A stretch of 64,000 nt of DNA from Actinobacteria bacterium UBA7524 (GCA_002478275.1 DLMY01000009.1:3161-67160), one strand, 5' to 3'; numbered from the stretch's first letter, positions 19,123 through 32,401 are shown. Notes: a model not told the origin generated them from the letters alone. A program made the numbers and translations.

Positions 19123-20021
19123 TGGCAGTCAACGAGCACGCTGACCCGGCGAGGACCCACCTCGAAACACCCGCTGAGCGCATCGTTCGCAGACTTTCGC
19201 GTGGACCACTGCACGCCGTGATCATAGCGGTGTGTCTGGCGTGGATGACTCCCACCGCAGGCCTGTTCATCAGCTCCTTCCGCACCAAGGCCGACATAGC
19301 GACGACCGGCTGGTGGACCGCCCTGGTGCCGCCACTGCAGTTCACTCTGGACAACTACGATCATGTCCTGACCGCGAGGGGCATGGGTCGAAGCTTCATC
19401 AACAGCCTCCTGATCTCCGTGCCTGCGACCATGCTGACCATCCTGGTCGCGGCACTCGCCGCCTACGCGTTCTCCTGGATAGAATTCCGTGGCCGGGAAG
19501 CGCTGTTCCTCCTCGTGGTCGCACTCCTGGTCGTCCCGATCCAGTTGACGCTCATCCCTGTTCTGAGAATGTTCGCGAACTTCGGCATGACTGGCTCGTT
19601 CCCAGCGATCTGGCTCGCGCATACGGCCTACGGACTACCCTTCGCCGTCTTCTTGTTGCGCAACTTCTTCGTTGCCCTGCCGAAGGACCTGCTCGAATCT
19701 GCGTTCCTCGAAGGAGCCTCTCATTTCGTGGCTTTCACACGCATAGTCATGCCACTGTCCGTCCCCGCGGTTGCCGCACTCGGAATCTTCCAGTTCCTGT
19801 GGTTGTGGAACGACCTGCTGGTGGCCCTGGTCTATCTCGGAGGCTTTCGTGACGTCGCACCGATGACGGTCGCGATCAGCTCTCTGGTCAGCTCGTTCGG
19901 GAGCGAATGGCACTTGCTCACGGCAGCCGCCTTCGTGTCGATGGTTCTGCCTCTTGTCGTCTTCTTCGCACTGCAGAAGTACTTCGTCGAAGGCATCCTC
20001 GCCGGTGCTGTGAAAGGGTAG
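19119..20021 (+). CDS. Carbohydrate ABC transporter permease
   Basis: LLESAFLEGA, WNDLL, QKYFVEGILAGAVKG. Confidence 0.93.
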   Translation: MMAVNEHADPARTHLETPAERIVRRLSRGPLHAVIIAVCLAWMTPTAGLFISSFRTKADIATTGWWTALVPPLQFTLDNYDHVLTARGMGRSFINSLLISVPATMLTILVAALAAYAFSWIEFRGREALFLLVVALLVVPIQLTLIPVLRMFANFGMTGSFPAIWLAHTAYGLPFAVFLLRNFFVALPKDLLESAFLEGASHFVAFTRIVMPLSVPAVAALGIFQFLWLWNDLLVALVYLGGFRDVAPMTVAISSLVSSFGSEWHLLTAAAFVSMVLPLVVFFALQKYFVEGILAGAVKG

Positions 20022-20026
20022 AGATC

Positions 20027-21142
20027 ATGGCTAGCGTCCTCTTCGATCACGTCTGGAAGCGATTCGGTGACTTCGCAGCACTCAAGGACTTCCATCTCGA
20101 CATCGAGGACAAGGAGTTCCTGGTTCTCGTGGGACCCTCTGGATGTGGGAAATCGACCGCATTGCGTCTACTTGCCGGTCTCGAGAGCGTCACTGAAGGA
20201 TCGATATTCATAGGCGAGGAGAGAATCAACGACACCCCGCCCAGGGATCGGGACATAGCCATGGTGTTCCAGTCATACGCTCTGTACCCGCACATGACGA
20301 TCAAAGACAACATCGGCTTCGGCTTGAGGCTGCGCAAGGTACCCAGGCAAGAGGTGGAACGTCGGGTGAGCGATGCCGCAGTGATTCTCGGGGTGGAAGG
20401 ACTCCTGGACCGTAAGCCCGGTCAGCTCTCGGGAGGTCAGCGACAGCGTATAGCGGTAGCGCGCGCCATCGTGCGCGAACCCCGAGTGTTCTTGCTGGAT
20501 GAACCGCTCTCCAACCTCGACGCCAAACTTCGCGTCAATACCCGTGCGGAGATCTCCAAACTCCACAAACGGCTCGGCACGACCTTCATATACGTCACAC
20601 ACGACCAGACAGAAGCCATGACGATGGCCACGCGCATCGCGGTGATGGATGCGGGCATCATCCAGCAGGTGGGTACGCCACAACAGCTCTACGATCATCC
20701 AGCGAACACGTTCGTGGCTGGTTTCATAGGCAGTCCCGCCATGAACTTCTTCTCGGCTCTGGTGACCGAGTCTGAAGGCCACCTCGAACTACGGGGCGAC
20801 ACGTACTCAGTTCGGGTTCCACTGGATAGAGCAGGGGAGATACGGCAGTTCAAGGATAGAGAGCTGTTGTTCGGAATCAGGCCGGAGAACATCCACGACC
20901 AGGAGTTCGTCCCTCGCGGCGTGAACGCGGTACCGATCGAAGTGGTCGTAGACGTGACGGAACTGATGGGCAACGAGGTCTTCTTGCACCTGCTCGCGGG
21001 GGAGAACAAGCTGCTTGCCAGAGTCGATCCACGCACAGGACTGCGCGCTGGAGCGCGGACAGAGGTCCTGATGGACCTCGAGCGACTGCACGTGTTCGAT
21101 CCAGCGACCACCGCCGTACTGGTCAGTGCTTCCGATGCCTGA
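20027..21142 (+). CDS. MalK/UgpC-type ABC transporter ATP-binding protein
   Basis: GPSGCGKST, VFQSYALYPH, LSGGQRQR, DEPLSNLDAKLR, C-terminal TOBE region. Confidence 0.95.
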   Translation: MASVLFDHVWKRFGDFAALKDFHLDIEDKEFLVLVGPSGCGKSTALRLLAGLESVTEGSIFIGEERINDTPPRDRDIAMVFQSYALYPHMTIKDNIGFGLRLRKVPRQEVERRVSDAAVILGVEGLLDRKPGQLSGGQRQRIAVARAIVREPRVFLLDEPLSNLDAKLRVNTRAEISKLHKRLGTTFIYVTHDQTEAMTMATRIAVMDAGIIQQVGTPQQLYDHPANTFVAGFIGSPAMNFFSALVTESEGHLELRGDTYSVRVPLDRAGEIRQFKDRELLFGIRPENIHDQEFVPRGVNAVPIEVVVDVTELMGNEVFLHLLAGENKLLARVDPRTGLRAGARTEVLMDLERLHVFDPATTAVLVSASDA

Positions 21143-21154
21143 CCAGAAGGCCCT

Positions 21155-21625
21155 TCAGTACTCCACTCGGTCCTCTTTCTGCACCCACTCATCGAAGACA
21201 GCACGGGCTTCCTCGGCAAGTAAGCGGGACCTGCGCAAGGAGCGCTCGTCGGCGGGTAGGGCAAACTCGCGATAGAAAGCCCCGTCATCAAAGCCCGCTG
21301 CCTCAGCGTCTTGCGTCGTGTTCGCGTAGTACATCGCCGGGATACGCGCCCAGTAGATCGCGGCGAGGCACATCGGGCACGGTTCACACGTCGTGTAGAT
21401 CGCTGCGCCTTCGAGCGAGAATGTGCCGAGCCGCTCGCACGCGGCACGGATCGCGACGATCTCTGCATGTGCCGTGGGATCGTTCATGCTGGTCACCTGG
21501 TTCCAGCCCTCGCCGACGATCTCGCCGTCTCTGACGACGACCGCCGCGAACGGCCCACCCTGGTTCGCCTGCATGTGCTCCCGCGACAGCACGATCGCGC
21601 GACGCATGTGGTCCTCGTGAGTCAC
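21155..21625 (-). CDS. guaD: CDA-fold nucleoside deaminase, likely guanine deaminase
   Basis: GGPF, DPTAHAE, CEPCPMC, AGFDD..FY, C-terminal Tyr typical of B. subtilis-type GuaD. Confidence 0.85.
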   Translation of the reverse strand: MTHEDHMRRAIVLSREHMQANQGGPFAAVVVRDGEIVGEGWNQVTSMNDPTAHAEIVAIRAACERLGTFSLEGAAIYTTCEPCPMCLAAIYWARIPAMYYANTTQDAEAAGFDDGAFYREFALPADERSLRRSRLLAEEARAVFDEWVQKEDRVEY

Positions 21626-21814
21626 CGGCCCTCCTGTAGGTCGCTTCCCACAGGATAGGACATCGACCGGTCGCGCGCTCCTGCAGCGCCGGCATCGTGG
21701 AGGATGACTGCATCCCCCACTGGCGAGGCCCCGGCGATGTGCCAGGGCCTCGCGAGATGACAGCCTGTGAGTAACGCTTCGCGAATCCGGCCAAGCGCCG
21801 ACATCACACGGCCG

Positions 21815-22273
21815 CTACCTGTCCTCGCCGATAGCTATCTTCGTCGTCTTGGGCTTCGCCGCCTCAAGCGCCTTGGGCACGTGGATCTCGAGTATGCCGT
21901 CGGTGTAATCCGCCTTGATGTCCTCGGCGGTCACACCTTCAGGCAGCACCATCGAGCGCTCGAAGCTACCGTAGCTCGACTCGCGGATGAGCCAGCCTTC
22001 GCCCTCTCGCTCCTCCTCGGCCTTGCGTTCACCCTTGATCGTAAGGACTCCGTCGGTGACCTCGATATCGACCTCGGCGGGATCGACACCGGGTAGTTCG
22101 GCACGCACGACGATGTCGTCGCCCTTCGACTTGACGTCGATCTTGGGCATCCATGCCACCGCTGCAGCGGTCTCGCCACGACCCTCAGTCGTACCCATGC
22201 GCGTGAAGATACGGTCCATGTCACGCTGCATCCTGAGCATCTCGCCGAACGGGTCCCATCTCATGATCGCCAT
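21815..22273 (-). CDS. Hsp20/alpha-crystallin small heat-shock protein
   Basis: RWDPF, AELPGV, YGSFERS, ADYTDGILEI. Confidence 0.95.
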   Translation of the reverse strand: MAIMRWDPFGEMLRMQRDMDRIFTRMGTTEGRGETAAAVAWMPKIDVKSKGDDIVVRAELPGVDPAEVDIEVTDGVLTIKGERKAEEEREGEGWLIRESSYGSFERSMVLPEGVTAEDIKADYTDGILEIHVPKALEAAKPKTTKIAIGEDR

Positions 22274-22360
22274 CTCTGTACACCTCCACTGTTCATCTCG
22301 CCGCCCGGCCACGTACCGGACGCGCCTCTTCCTACTTCCTTCTGCTTCACACGTGATGCA

Positions 22361-24952
22361 TTACCTCAGTTCGATCTCCCCTTCCGCGCTCACATCGATG
22401 GTGACGGTATCCCCGTCACCGACTGCCCCTTCAACCAACGCCTTGGCCACGCGGTCGACGACCTCACGCTGGATGACGCGCTTGAGCGGCCTGGCCCCGA
22501 ACACCGGGTCGAAGCCGTCGATCGAGATGCGCTCGGCCGCCGCGGGCGTGACCTCCAGCGAGATCTTGCGCTCGGCAAGCCGCTCGCGCACCTTGGCCAG
22601 TTGGATCTCGACGATCTGCGCGATCTGCTCCATCGAAAGCGAATGGAAGAGCACGATATCGTCGATCCGGTTGAGGAACTCCGGACGAAACGTCTGCCTC
22701 AGCGCTTCTTCGACCGCGTTGCGCATCTGCGCTTCCTCGCCGCCCGCGCGTGCGAACTCCTGGATGAACTGCGAGCCTACGTTGCTCGTCATGATGACGA
22801 TGGTGTTCTTGAAGCTGACGACGCGGCCCTGGCCATCGGTCATGCGACCATCGTCGAGAACCTGCAGCAGTACGTTGAACACGTCGGGGTGCGCTTTCTC
22901 GATCTCGTCGAGCAGCAGCACGGAGTACGGACGGCGGCGCACCGCCTCGGTCAACTGACCGCCCTCCTCGTAACCGACGTATCCCGGCGGAGCACCGATC
23001 AGGCGCTGTACGCTGAACTTCTCCATGTACTCGCTCATGTCGATGCGGACCATCGAGCGCTCATCGTCGAACAAGAACTCTGCGAGCGCCCGGGCGAGTT
23101 CGGTCTTACCCACGCCGGTCGGCCCCATGAAGATGAACGAGCCGATGGGCCGGTCAGGGTCGGACAAGCCCGCGCGCGAACGCCGTATCGCTGCGGCCAC
23201 AGCTGAGACCGCCTCGTTCTGGCCGACGACCCGCTCGTGCAGATGCTCTTCCAGAGTGGCGAGCTTGGCCATCTCGCCCTGCATGAGCTTGGAGACCGGC
23301 ACTCCCGTCCACGCGGCCACGACCTCGGCGATCTCCTCCTCGGTGACCTCTTCGCGCAGCATCGCGGCGCCTGCCTGCAGCTCCCGCAGGCGCACGTCCG
23401 CGGCCTCCAGGTCGCTTTCCAACTGGGGGATCCTGCCGTAACGGATCTCCGCCGCTCGCTGCAGGTCGCCTTCGCGCTCGGCTCGCTCCGCATCGACCTT
23501 CGCTTCATCGAGCTCGGCCTTGAAGCGCTGTACGTCGGTGATCACGCCCTTCTCAGACTCCCAGCGCGCCTTGAGTCCTGAGAGCTGCTCGGTCACGTCC
23601 GCCATCTCGCCGCGCAGCACCTCAAGGCGCTCCGCGCTTGCCTCGTCGGACTCCTTGGAAAGTGCGGCCTCTTCGATCTGAAGCTGGCGCAACCTACGAT
23701 CCAGCACATCGATCTCGGTCGGCATCGAGTCGATCTCGATCCGCAGTCTTGATGCCGCCTCGTCGATCAGGTCGATCGCTTTGTCCGGCAAGAAGCGATC
23801 GGTGATGTAGCGGTCAGACAGGGTGGCAGCGGCCACGATCGCGCCGTCGGTCACCCGCACGCCATGGTGCACCTCGTACTTCTCTTTGAGGCCTCTAAGG
23901 ATCGCTATGGTGTCCTCGGCAGAAGGCTCACCCACGTAGACCGGTTGGAAGCGCCGCTCAAGCGCCGCGTCCTTCTCGATGTGCTTGCGGTACTCATCGA
24001 GCGTGGTCGCGCCGATCGCGTGCAGCTCGCCGCGCGCGAGGGCGGGCTTGAGCATGTTGCTCGCATCCATCGAGCCCTCCGCGGCGCCGGCGCCGACCAA
24101 CGTGTGCAACTCGTCGATGAAGAGCACCAACCGCCCCTCGGCCTGCTCGATCTCGCGCAGCACCGCCTTGAGCCGGTCCTCGAACTCGCCGCGGTACTTC
24201 GCGCCGGCGACCATGGCGCCCAGGTCGAGCGAGACGACGTCTTTGTCGCGCAGGCTGCTCGGTACATCGCCATCGACGATACGTTGCGCGAGCCCTTCGA
24301 CGATCGCCGTCTTGCCCGTGCCCGGCTCGCCTATCAACACCGGGTTGTTCTTTGTGCGTCGTGAGAGCACCTGTACCAGCCGGCGGATCTCCTCATTGCG
24401 CCCGATCACCGGGTCGAGCTTGCCATCACGCGCGGCCTGCGTGAGGTTGCGCGAGAAACGCTCGAGCGCCTGGAACTGCGCTTCGGGGTTCTGGTCGGTC
24501 ACACGCGAGCCGGCACGCAGTTCCCCTATCGCTTCAAGCACCCGGGCAGCGGTCACGCCCGCGCCGCCGAGCAAACGACCGGCCTCACCGCCGTCCTCAG
24601 CCAGCCCGATCAGCAGGTGCTCGGTGGACACGTACGCGTCCTTGAGCTTCTCGGCGTGCTTGAACGCCGCGCTCAGCACCGTGTTGAGCCGAGGACCCAC
24701 GCCGGCCGGCCCGCTGACACCGCCACCGCTCACGCGCGGCATCGCTTCGATAGCGGCCGTCACGCCGGCTTCGAGCGCGTCTGCATCCGCGCCGACCTTC
24801 TGTACGATCGGCCGCACGATACCTTCTGCGGCATCCAGCAGCACCTTGAGCAGATGCTCCGGCTCTATGACCTGCGATTCGGCGTCATCGGCCACCCCTT
24901 GGGCCGCCTGCAGCGCCTCCTGCGCCTTTATCGTCAGCTTGTCGAGCCTCAT
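22361..24952 (-). CDS. clpB: ATP-dependent chaperone ClpB
   Basis: Two AAA modules ([16 protein letters not shown]), KYRGEFE, long M-domain, [13 protein letters not shown]. Confidence 0.97.
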   Translation of the reverse strand: MRLDKLTIKAQEALQAAQGVADDAESQVIEPEHLLKVLLDAAEGIVRPIVQKVGADADALEAGVTAAIEAMPRVSGGGVSGPAGVGPRLNTVLSAAFKHAEKLKDAYVSTEHLLIGLAEDGGEAGRLLGGAGVTAARVLEAIGELRAGSRVTDQNPEAQFQALERFSRNLTQAARDGKLDPVIGRNEEIRRLVQVLSRRTKNNPVLIGEPGTGKTAIVEGLAQRIVDGDVPSSLRDKDVVSLDLGAMVAGAKYRGEFEDRLKAVLREIEQAEGRLVLFIDELHTLVGAGAAEGSMDASNMLKPALARGELHAIGATTLDEYRKHIEKDAALERRFQPVYVGEPSAEDTIAILRGLKEKYEVHHGVRVTDGAIVAAATLSDRYITDRFLPDKAIDLIDEAASRLRIEIDSMPTEIDVLDRRLRQLQIEEAALSKESDEASAERLEVLRGEMADVTEQLSGLKARWESEKGVITDVQRFKAELDEAKVDAERAEREGDLQRAAEIRYGRIPQLESDLEAADVRLRELQAGAAMLREEVTEEEIAEVVAAWTGVPVSKLMQGEMAKLATLEEHLHERVVGQNEAVSAVAAAIRRSRAGLSDPDRPIGSFIFMGPTGVGKTELARALAEFLFDDERSMVRIDMSEYMEKFSVQRLIGAPPGYVGYEEGGQLTEAVRRRPYSVLLLDEIEKAHPDVFNVLLQVLDDGRMTDGQGRVVSFKNTIVIMTSNVGSQFIQEFARAGGEEAQMRNAVEEALRQTFRPEFLNRIDDIVLFHSLSMEQIAQIVEIQLAKVRERLAERKISLEVTPAAAERISIDGFDPVFGARPLKRVIQREVVDRVAKALVEGAVGDGDTVTIDVSAEGEIELR

Positions 24953-25177
24953 GACACTCGATCCTCCTCTGCGAGGGCGCTTCCACACCCCGCCATCACC
25001 GTGCACGCCCGTCCGGGCGTCAGCGCTTCACCCGTCAACTCGGTGCCGGGCGTTCCTTGCTCAGGCATGACCATGCCCAGGCGAGGAGCCATCAAATCGG
25101 TCCGCCCGCGATCTCGCCACGACGCACGCCGTGCGCCCAGCACGAGAACTCGCTCTTGCCGCTACCGGTCACCCCAC

Positions 25178-25612
25178 TCACTCCTTCAGCCGCCACTCGC
25201 CGTCGCGATACTCCAGCGTCAGCGTCGTCTCCTCGGTGCCGGTGAACCGACCGCTGAGCCGCACGATGTCGAGTCGCTCACCGTACTCGACGGTCAACTC
25301 ACCACCCATCACCGGCGGTACCCCGGCGTTCGACAGCACGTCCACGAGTTCGTAGACGGTCTCATCCGGCACCTGCTCGCCCGCCCGCGCGGGCTCAGGG
25401 CTGCCCGGCGTGCGCGTCTCCTCGACACCTTCGCCCGCCGAGGAACCCTCGTCGCCCTCGGGCGCTTCAAGCACAGGCGCCTGGCGCGAGAACAGCCCGA
25501 GGATCCCAGAGCCGTCCTCGCCGTCGCGAGACGCCGCGATCGCCCAGGCCACAAGCCCCGCGAGCGCCACTGCGGCGACGACCGCCCCGATCATCCAGCG
25601 CTTCCTGCTCAC
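25178..25612 (-). CDS. Hypothetical N-terminally membrane-anchored protein in the heat-shock operon
   Basis: Overlaps the hspR stop (GTGA); N-terminal TM, acidic linker, small beta domain ending EYRDGEWRL. Confidence 0.65.
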   Translation of the reverse strand: MSRKRWMIGAVVAAVALAGLVAWAIAASRDGEDGSGILGLFSRQAPVLEAPEGDEGSSAGEGVEETRTPGSPEPARAGEQVPDETVYELVDVLSNAGVPPVMGGELTVEYGERLDIVRLSGRFTGTEETTLTLEYRDGEWRLKE

Positions 25613-26025
25613 GACCGCCCGCCTTCCCTGCGCACGAGACCGCCGCGCTGCACCATCACGAGCTCGGTGCGGTACTCCGCCCGGCTACGTGCACGCTCGC
25701 GGGCGGCTATGCGGCTGGCCTCGTCGAGAGACGAGCGCAACCTCAATGCTTCTCGGCGCGCACGGTCCACCTCCGCTTGCAGCTCGAGTATCCTGACCAC
25801 GCCGGCCAGGTTGATGCCCTCAGCGGTCAGCTCCTGTATCAACCGCAGCTGCTCGATGTCGGAGTCGGAGTACAGGCGGGTGTTGCCCGAGGAGCGCTGC
25901 GGCTTGATAAGCTCCTTGCGCTCGTAGATACGCAGAGTCTGCGGATGCATCCCGGCAAGCTCCGCCGCCACACTGATCATGTACAGCGGTCTTGCTCGGT
26001 TGTCTTTGCTGCTTCCTCTTGCCAT
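25609..26025 (-). CDS. hspR: MerR-family heat-shock repressor HspR
   Basis: [29 protein letters not shown]; directly after dnaJ. Confidence 0.93.
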   Translation of the reverse strand: MARGSSKDNRARPLYMISVAAELAGMHPQTLRIYERKELIKPQRSSGNTRLYSDSDIEQLRLIQELTAEGINLAGVVRILELQAEVDRARREALRLRSSLDEASRIAARERARSRAEYRTELVMVQRGGLVRREGGRS

Positions 26026-26047
26026 CTTCCTCGCCTCCGTCGGACCC

Positions 26048-27169
26048 TTACTTCATGTGTGCCCGCAGGTCTTCGTCGCGCTTCTCTGCGAACTCTTCGA
26101 GCAATGCTCTCTCCTCGGCGGAAAGCTTGGCCGGCACCACGACGTGGGCCCTGACCCTCAGATCGCCGTGTCCCTTGCCCTTGAGCTTGGGTGCGCCCTT
26201 GCCCGCCAGGCGAAAGACCTTGCCGTCCTGTGTGCCGGGGGCGACCTTGAGCTTCGCCCGCTTACCGTCCGGCGTCGGGATCGTCACCTCGGTGCCGAGC
26301 GCCGCCTCGGTGAAGGATATCGGCAGGTCCATCAACACGTTGGCCCCATCACGCGTATAGAACGGGTGAGGTTTCACGCGCGTGACCACGTACAGGTCTC
26401 CGGCCGGCCCTCCGTTCTCGCCGGGCTCACCCTTGTTCTTGAAGCGGAGCTTACCGCCGTCGGTGGCGCCGGGGGGCACGTTCACGGTGACCGGCTTGAC
26501 GCGCAGTACGCGACCCTTGCCGCGACAAGTCGAACACGGCTCCTCGATGATGGTGCCGGCTCCGCCACACCGCGGGCAGGGGCGCGAGAACGCGAACATG
26601 CCGCCGCCCTGGCTGACGTGCCCGCTGCCCGAACAAGTCGGGCAGGTCTTCGGCGAAGTGCCGGGCTTGGCCCCGCTTCCTCCGCACACCTTGCAGTTCT
26701 CGGCGCGCTGGACTTCCACCTTGGTCGAAGTGCCGCTGAAAGCCTCGTCGAACGTGATCGTCGTCTCGTACGTCAGGTCACGGCCCCGCCGTGCCGAGGA
26801 GCGCTGACGCGCCCCCCCACCGCCGCCGAATCCGCCGCCGAAGATGTCACCGAACATGTCGCCGAGATCGACCTCGACACCTTGCCATCCGGCGCCACCA
26901 CCGGCAGCCCCGGGCCATCCCGCACCGGGAGCTCCCGCTCCCGGCGGGACGTTACCGCCGAAGTACTGCCCGTACTGGTCGTACTGCTTGCGCTTCTCGG
27001 TATCCGAGAGCACCTCATACGCCTCGTTGATCTCCTTGAAACTCTCCTCGGACCCGCCGGCATCCGGGTGGTGCTTGCGGGCAAGACGGCGAAACGCCTT
27101 CTTGATCTCCTCGGCGGAGGCGCCTTTCTTCACTCCCAGGATGTCGTAGTAGTCCTTGCCGGCGGCCAT
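26048..27169 (-). CDS. dnaJ: Chaperone DnaJ
   Basis: J-domain HPD, G/F region, four CxxCxGxG repeats. Confidence 0.97.
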   Translation of the reverse strand: MAAGKDYYDILGVKKGASAEEIKKAFRRLARKHHPDAGGSEESFKEINEAYEVLSDTEKRKQYDQYGQYFGGNVPPGAGAPGAGWPGAAGGGAGWQGVEVDLGDMFGDIFGGGFGGGGGARQRSSARRGRDLTYETTITFDEAFSGTSTKVEVQRAENCKVCGGSGAKPGTSPKTCPTCSGSGHVSQGGGMFAFSRPCPRCGGAGTIIEEPCSTCRGKGRVLRVKPVTVNVPPGATDGGKLRFKNKGEPGENGGPAGDLYVVTRVKPHPFYTRDGANVLMDLPISFTEAALGTEVTIPTPDGKRAKLKVAPGTQDGKVFRLAGKGAPKLKGKGHGDLRVRAHVVVPAKLSAEERALLEEFAEKRDEDLRAHMK

Positions 27170-27176
27170 GTCAACG

Positions 27177-27755
27177 TCACTCCTCGCGCGCCGGTCCTCC
27201 GGTGGTCACGACAACCATGGCCGGCCGGATCACGCGGCCGTGCATCTCGTAGCCCTTCTGGAAGACCTCGGCGACGGTGCTGTCGGCGACCGAGACGTCC
27301 TCCTTCTGTCCGACCGCCTGGTGCAGCATCGCATCGAACGGCTCGCCTTGCGGATCGAGCTGCTCCACACCTTCCTTGGCGAGCACGTCGAGGAGCTGGC
27401 CGAGCACCATCTCGACCCCGGCATGCAGGTCAGGGTCGGAGTCACCCGCGTGCGCGAGCGCCCGCTCCAGGTTGTCGACGATAGGCAGCAGCGCCACGAC
27501 CACGCGTTCGCCGGCGCGCTTGACCGCATCGGCCTGGTCGCGCACGACCCGCTTGCGGAAGTTCTCCAGCTCCGCCTGAAGCCGCTGCGCGGTCTCCAGG
27601 TTCGCCGCGGCTTCGGCCTGTGCGGCCTCGAGCTCCGTGCGGGCGGCCGCAGCCTCGGCCTCGAGCTGGTCGCCTCTCAGCGGGAACTCCGCTCCCAGAT
27701 CGGCTTCCAGCTCGGGGTCGATGCGAGCGACATCATCGTGTCTCAAGTCGGTCAT
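27177..27755 (-). CDS. grpE: Nucleotide exchange factor GrpE
   Basis: [28 protein letters not shown]...RPAMV. Confidence 0.96.
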   Translation of the reverse strand: MTDLRHDDVARIDPELEADLGAEFPLRGDQLEAEAAAARTELEAAQAEAAANLETAQRLQAELENFRKRVVRDQADAVKRAGERVVVALLPIVDNLERALAHAGDSDPDLHAGVEMVLGQLLDVLAKEGVEQLDPQGEPFDAMLHQAVGQKEDVSVADSTVAEVFQKGYEMHGRVIRPAMVVVTTGGPAREE

Positions 27756-27757
27756 GA

Positions 27758-29653
<1,896 letters not shown>

Positions 29654-29718
29654 CTTTCATTCTCCTTTCACCACGCGCCCGTGACGGGGCGCGCGAATAC
29701 GGCATGTATCCGGATGTG

Positions 29719-29747
29719 AATCTAAAATCTCAGTCACTCATTGTCAA
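29719..29747 (-). promoter_or_regulatory. Sigma70-type promoter of the dnaK operon
   Basis: TTGACA-N17-TAGATT on the - strand in an AT-rich patch; a second TTGACA lies 12 nt upstream. Confidence 0.75.
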
Positions 29748-29835
29748 GTTTTCTGTCAACATACACAGTATACCCATGCGCTCTCAGGGCCAATCACCCC
29801 CGACCGGAGAATCCAGAGAACGGCCCAGAAGTGTC

Positions 29836-29864
29836 TTTACATCAGGTGCGCTCGTCGGTAGAGT
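29836..29864 (+). promoter_or_regulatory. Sigma70-type promoter of the ferredoxin gene
   Basis: TTTACA-N17-TAGAGT. Confidence 0.55.
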
Positions 29865-29911
29865 GACGTGCGATACGCACCGGTCATTCAGAGAATCGCC
29901 GAGGAGGCCCG

Positions 29912-30100
29912 ATGCCCCGACCCATCATCAACGAAGATGACTGCTCCGCCTGCGGGATATGCGTTGACACCTGCCCCGAGGGCGTACTTGAGATCGTCGG
30001 AGACACCGCCGAAGCCGTGAACGACGAAGACTGCACCGCCTGCGCCGCATGCATGGAAGAATGTCCCATGGGTGCGATCACAGAGATCGAAGAGGACTAG
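29912..30100 (+). CDS. 2[4Fe-4S] ferredoxin
   Basis: CSACGICVDTCP and CTACAACMEECP; GAGGAGG RBS. Confidence 0.93.
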   Translation: MPRPIINEDDCSACGICVDTCPEGVLEIVGDTAEAVNDEDCTACAACMEECPMGAITEIEED

Positions 30101-30125
30101 CGCCCCGTCTCTGGACCCGTCGCAC

Positions 30126-30692
30126 TCACCAGGCACTACCTCGGGGCTTGAGATTCCTGAGCTGGTTCCACACCTTGCGCTTGCGTGACGTCGTGCCGAG
30201 CGAGGCCTCAAAGCCGTCCAGCGCAAGGAAGGTTCTGCCATGATGCGCCCGCGTCTTCCCAGGCTCGAGCCGAGGAAGACCGAACGCCGCTGCGAGGTCG
30301 GATGCGGCCGTGCCGTCTAGAGCGATGACTGCCTGCGGGTCGACCGTCTCCACCTGCTCGCATATCCTCCTCGCGGCTTCTGCCGCGTCGATAGGTCCGG
30401 ACGGGCGAGACAGGGTGCAGAAGACCTTCGGCGAATCGAAACCAAGCGCTTCAAGAGCCTTGCGGATGGCTTCGCCATCCTGTCCGGTGAGTGCACCGCC
30501 GCCCGAAGCCTCAGCGGGACCGGGACCGCCCTTGACGAGCACCACCTCCGCCATCACATCGCCGGTCCACGGCACCCAGGCGACATCGGAAACGCGCAGG
30601 TCGGCGTCGTGGAGTTCGGTTGTGGCCTTGGTGACGCACAAATCGTGGACCGCTGCCGGGTCGTCCGCGACGACGGCACCGTCCCTATGCAT
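30126..30692 (-). CDS. Degenerate uracil-DNA glycosylase (family 4)-like protein
   Basis: GDVMAEVVLVKGGPGPAE..G.ALTGQDG, EQVETVDPQAVIALDG, KRKVWNQL; overlaps the epimerase stop. Confidence 0.65.
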   Translation of the reverse strand: MHRDGAVVADDPAAVHDLCVTKATTELHDADLRVSDVAWVPWTGDVMAEVVLVKGGPGPAEASGGGALTGQDGEAIRKALEALGFDSPKVFCTLSRPSGPIDAAEAARRICEQVETVDPQAVIALDGTAASDLAAAFGLPRLEPGKTRAHHGRTFLALDGFEASLGTTSRKRKVWNQLRNLKPRGSAW

Positions 30693-31629
30693 CACTCGAC
30701 TCCGCGAACCATCCGTACGTCGCGGCGATGCCTGCATCCAGAGGGACGCGCGCGTCCCAACCGAACACCTCCAGGGCTTTGGCCGGGTCCAGCACACTGT
30801 GGGGGACGTCTCCCGCCCGTGCGGGAGCGTGCTGGACGGGCCCCGCGTATCCGCTCGCGGCGCGCAGCAGCTCGACCAACTCCAGCACGCTGACGCTGCT
30901 GCCGGTGGAGATGTTGTAGGCTGGCCCTCTCCCACGGCCTTCACACAGTCTGTGTTCGGTGGATATCGCAGCCGCGACAGCGGAGATCACGTCCCCGACG
31001 TAGATGAAATCCCTGGTCTGTTCACCGCTACCGAAGAGTACCGGAGCCTTCCCGTCGACCATACTCGATGCGAATATGGCCACCACGCCGCCTTCACCTT
31101 GTGCGTCCTGGCGCGGTCCGTAGACGTTGGCGAACCGGAAGCTCGCGAAATCGACGTCCCCGCTCGTCAACTCCGCCGCGAGCACCTCTTCTGCCGCCAG
31201 CTTCGAATGCCCGTAGGGACTCTCAGGTGACTTGCGTGCCGTCTCGGCAAGTGGCAACTCAACCGGGTCCCCGTAGACGGCCGCAGACGATGCGGAGAGT
31301 ACAAGCCGGGCTCCTGCCTCACGGGCTGCGATGGCCACCGCCCGGGTACCCTCGACATTGGTCCTCCAGTCCAGTTCGGGGTCGCGCAAGGACACAGGGA
31401 CGCTCGACTGGGCCGCGAGATGGACGACGACCTCGGGTCCGAAACGCTCGAATTCCTTCATGATCCGCTCGTCCAGTATGTCCAGATGGGCGAAGTCGAC
31501 CTCGGGGTGCAGGTTGGCCGAAGACCCTGTGGACAGATCATCGACGACCAGGATCTCATGCTCGCCGACCAGGGCCCACGCCAGATTGGACCCGATGAAG
31601 CCGGCACCTCCCGTGATCAGCAATCGCAT
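30685..31629 (-). CDS. NAD-dependent epimerase/dehydratase (UDP-glucose 4-epimerase-like)
   Basis: TGGAGFIGS, SSAAVYG, YGHSK, NVYGPRQ, RDFIYV. Confidence 0.93.
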   Translation of the reverse strand: MRLLITGGAGFIGSNLAWALVGEHEILVVDDLSTGSSANLHPEVDFAHLDILDERIMKEFERFGPEVVVHLAAQSSVPVSLRDPELDWRTNVEGTRAVAIAAREAGARLVLSASSAAVYGDPVELPLAETARKSPESPYGHSKLAAEEVLAAELTSGDVDFASFRFANVYGPRQDAQGEGGVVAIFASSMVDGKAPVLFGSGEQTRDFIYVGDVISAVAAAISTEHRLCEGRGRGPAYNISTGSSVSVLELVELLRAASGYAGPVQHAPARAGDVPHSVLDPAKALEVFGWDARVPLDAGIAATYGWFAESSDA

Positions 31630-31644
31630 CTCTCGTTCCAGCTC

Positions 31645-32343
31645 CTAACGGTCAGTGGCTATGCGCGCGACGCCGGTCAGGTCTGCATGGACTATGAGGC
31701 GATATTGCGCGCTGTATGGCGGGTCGCATGCCGAAAGAGTCAGCCGGGGATCCTCGGTCGAATCCATGACATCGACCCTGTCGGGAGTCACGCGTACCTT
31801 CTCGGTCACGATGTAGCGATAGCGCCGGTACGGCGAGTACAGGTCGATGGTATCACCTTGTTCGAGCTCGTCGATCCGCCGAAAGGGCCCACCGTACGTG
31901 GTCCGGTGACCAGCGATGCCGCAGTTGCCGACGGGACCGGGTAGATCGGTGTATGCGATCCAGCCCGGGCCGCGTTTCAGCTCAGGTCGCCCGTGACCCT
32001 TGACCACGAACACGTCCACCCCGATGCTTGCCGCCACCAGGCGGCCGAATACCTCCCCATCTGCAAGCCCCGTCCAATACGCGGCGTCCTGCTCCTCCCA
32101 GCCTTCAAGATCGAACGGCTCGTCCCCGACAAGGACGGGATCGCCGGATCCCGCCGGGCCGGGAAGGCCCTGCGCGAGACGGGTCTGGTCGAGACGGGCA
32201 GCGATGTCGGTCACGCCATAGTAGACAGCCAGGCCTACGGACAGTCCTAGCAGCAGATTCCCTACAGCGTGAGCCGTCAACCTCATGAAGCTTCGGCGCA
32301 CCGGCAAGACCTCTCCAGCGACCGCTTCTCCCGCCAACGTCAT
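31645..32343 (-). CDS. Sortase (class D/E-like)
   Basis: N-terminal TM; IAGHRTTYGGPF (His), LTLSAC (Cys), YRLIV (Arg). Confidence 0.9.
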   Translation of the reverse strand: MTLAGEAVAGEVLPVRRSFMRLTAHAVGNLLLGLSVGLAVYYGVTDIAARLDQTRLAQGLPGPAGSGDPVLVGDEPFDLEGWEEQDAAYWTGLADGEVFGRLVAASIGVDVFVVKGHGRPELKRGPGWIAYTDLPGPVGNCGIAGHRTTYGGPFRRIDELEQGDTIDLYSPYRRYRYIVTEKVRVTPDRVDVMDSTEDPRLTLSACDPPYSAQYRLIVHADLTGVARIATDR

Positions 32344-32401
32344 GGCTCGTCTCCGGTGTTCCTCGGCATCACTGAATCCTATTCTGCCGCACTTTCCCGA
32401 T

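Noticed and set aside
24953-25177. Small hairpins and a 64-aa ORF upstream of clpB
   Set aside because: Only short GC stems expected by chance; no HAIR or CIRCE match and no coding signal.
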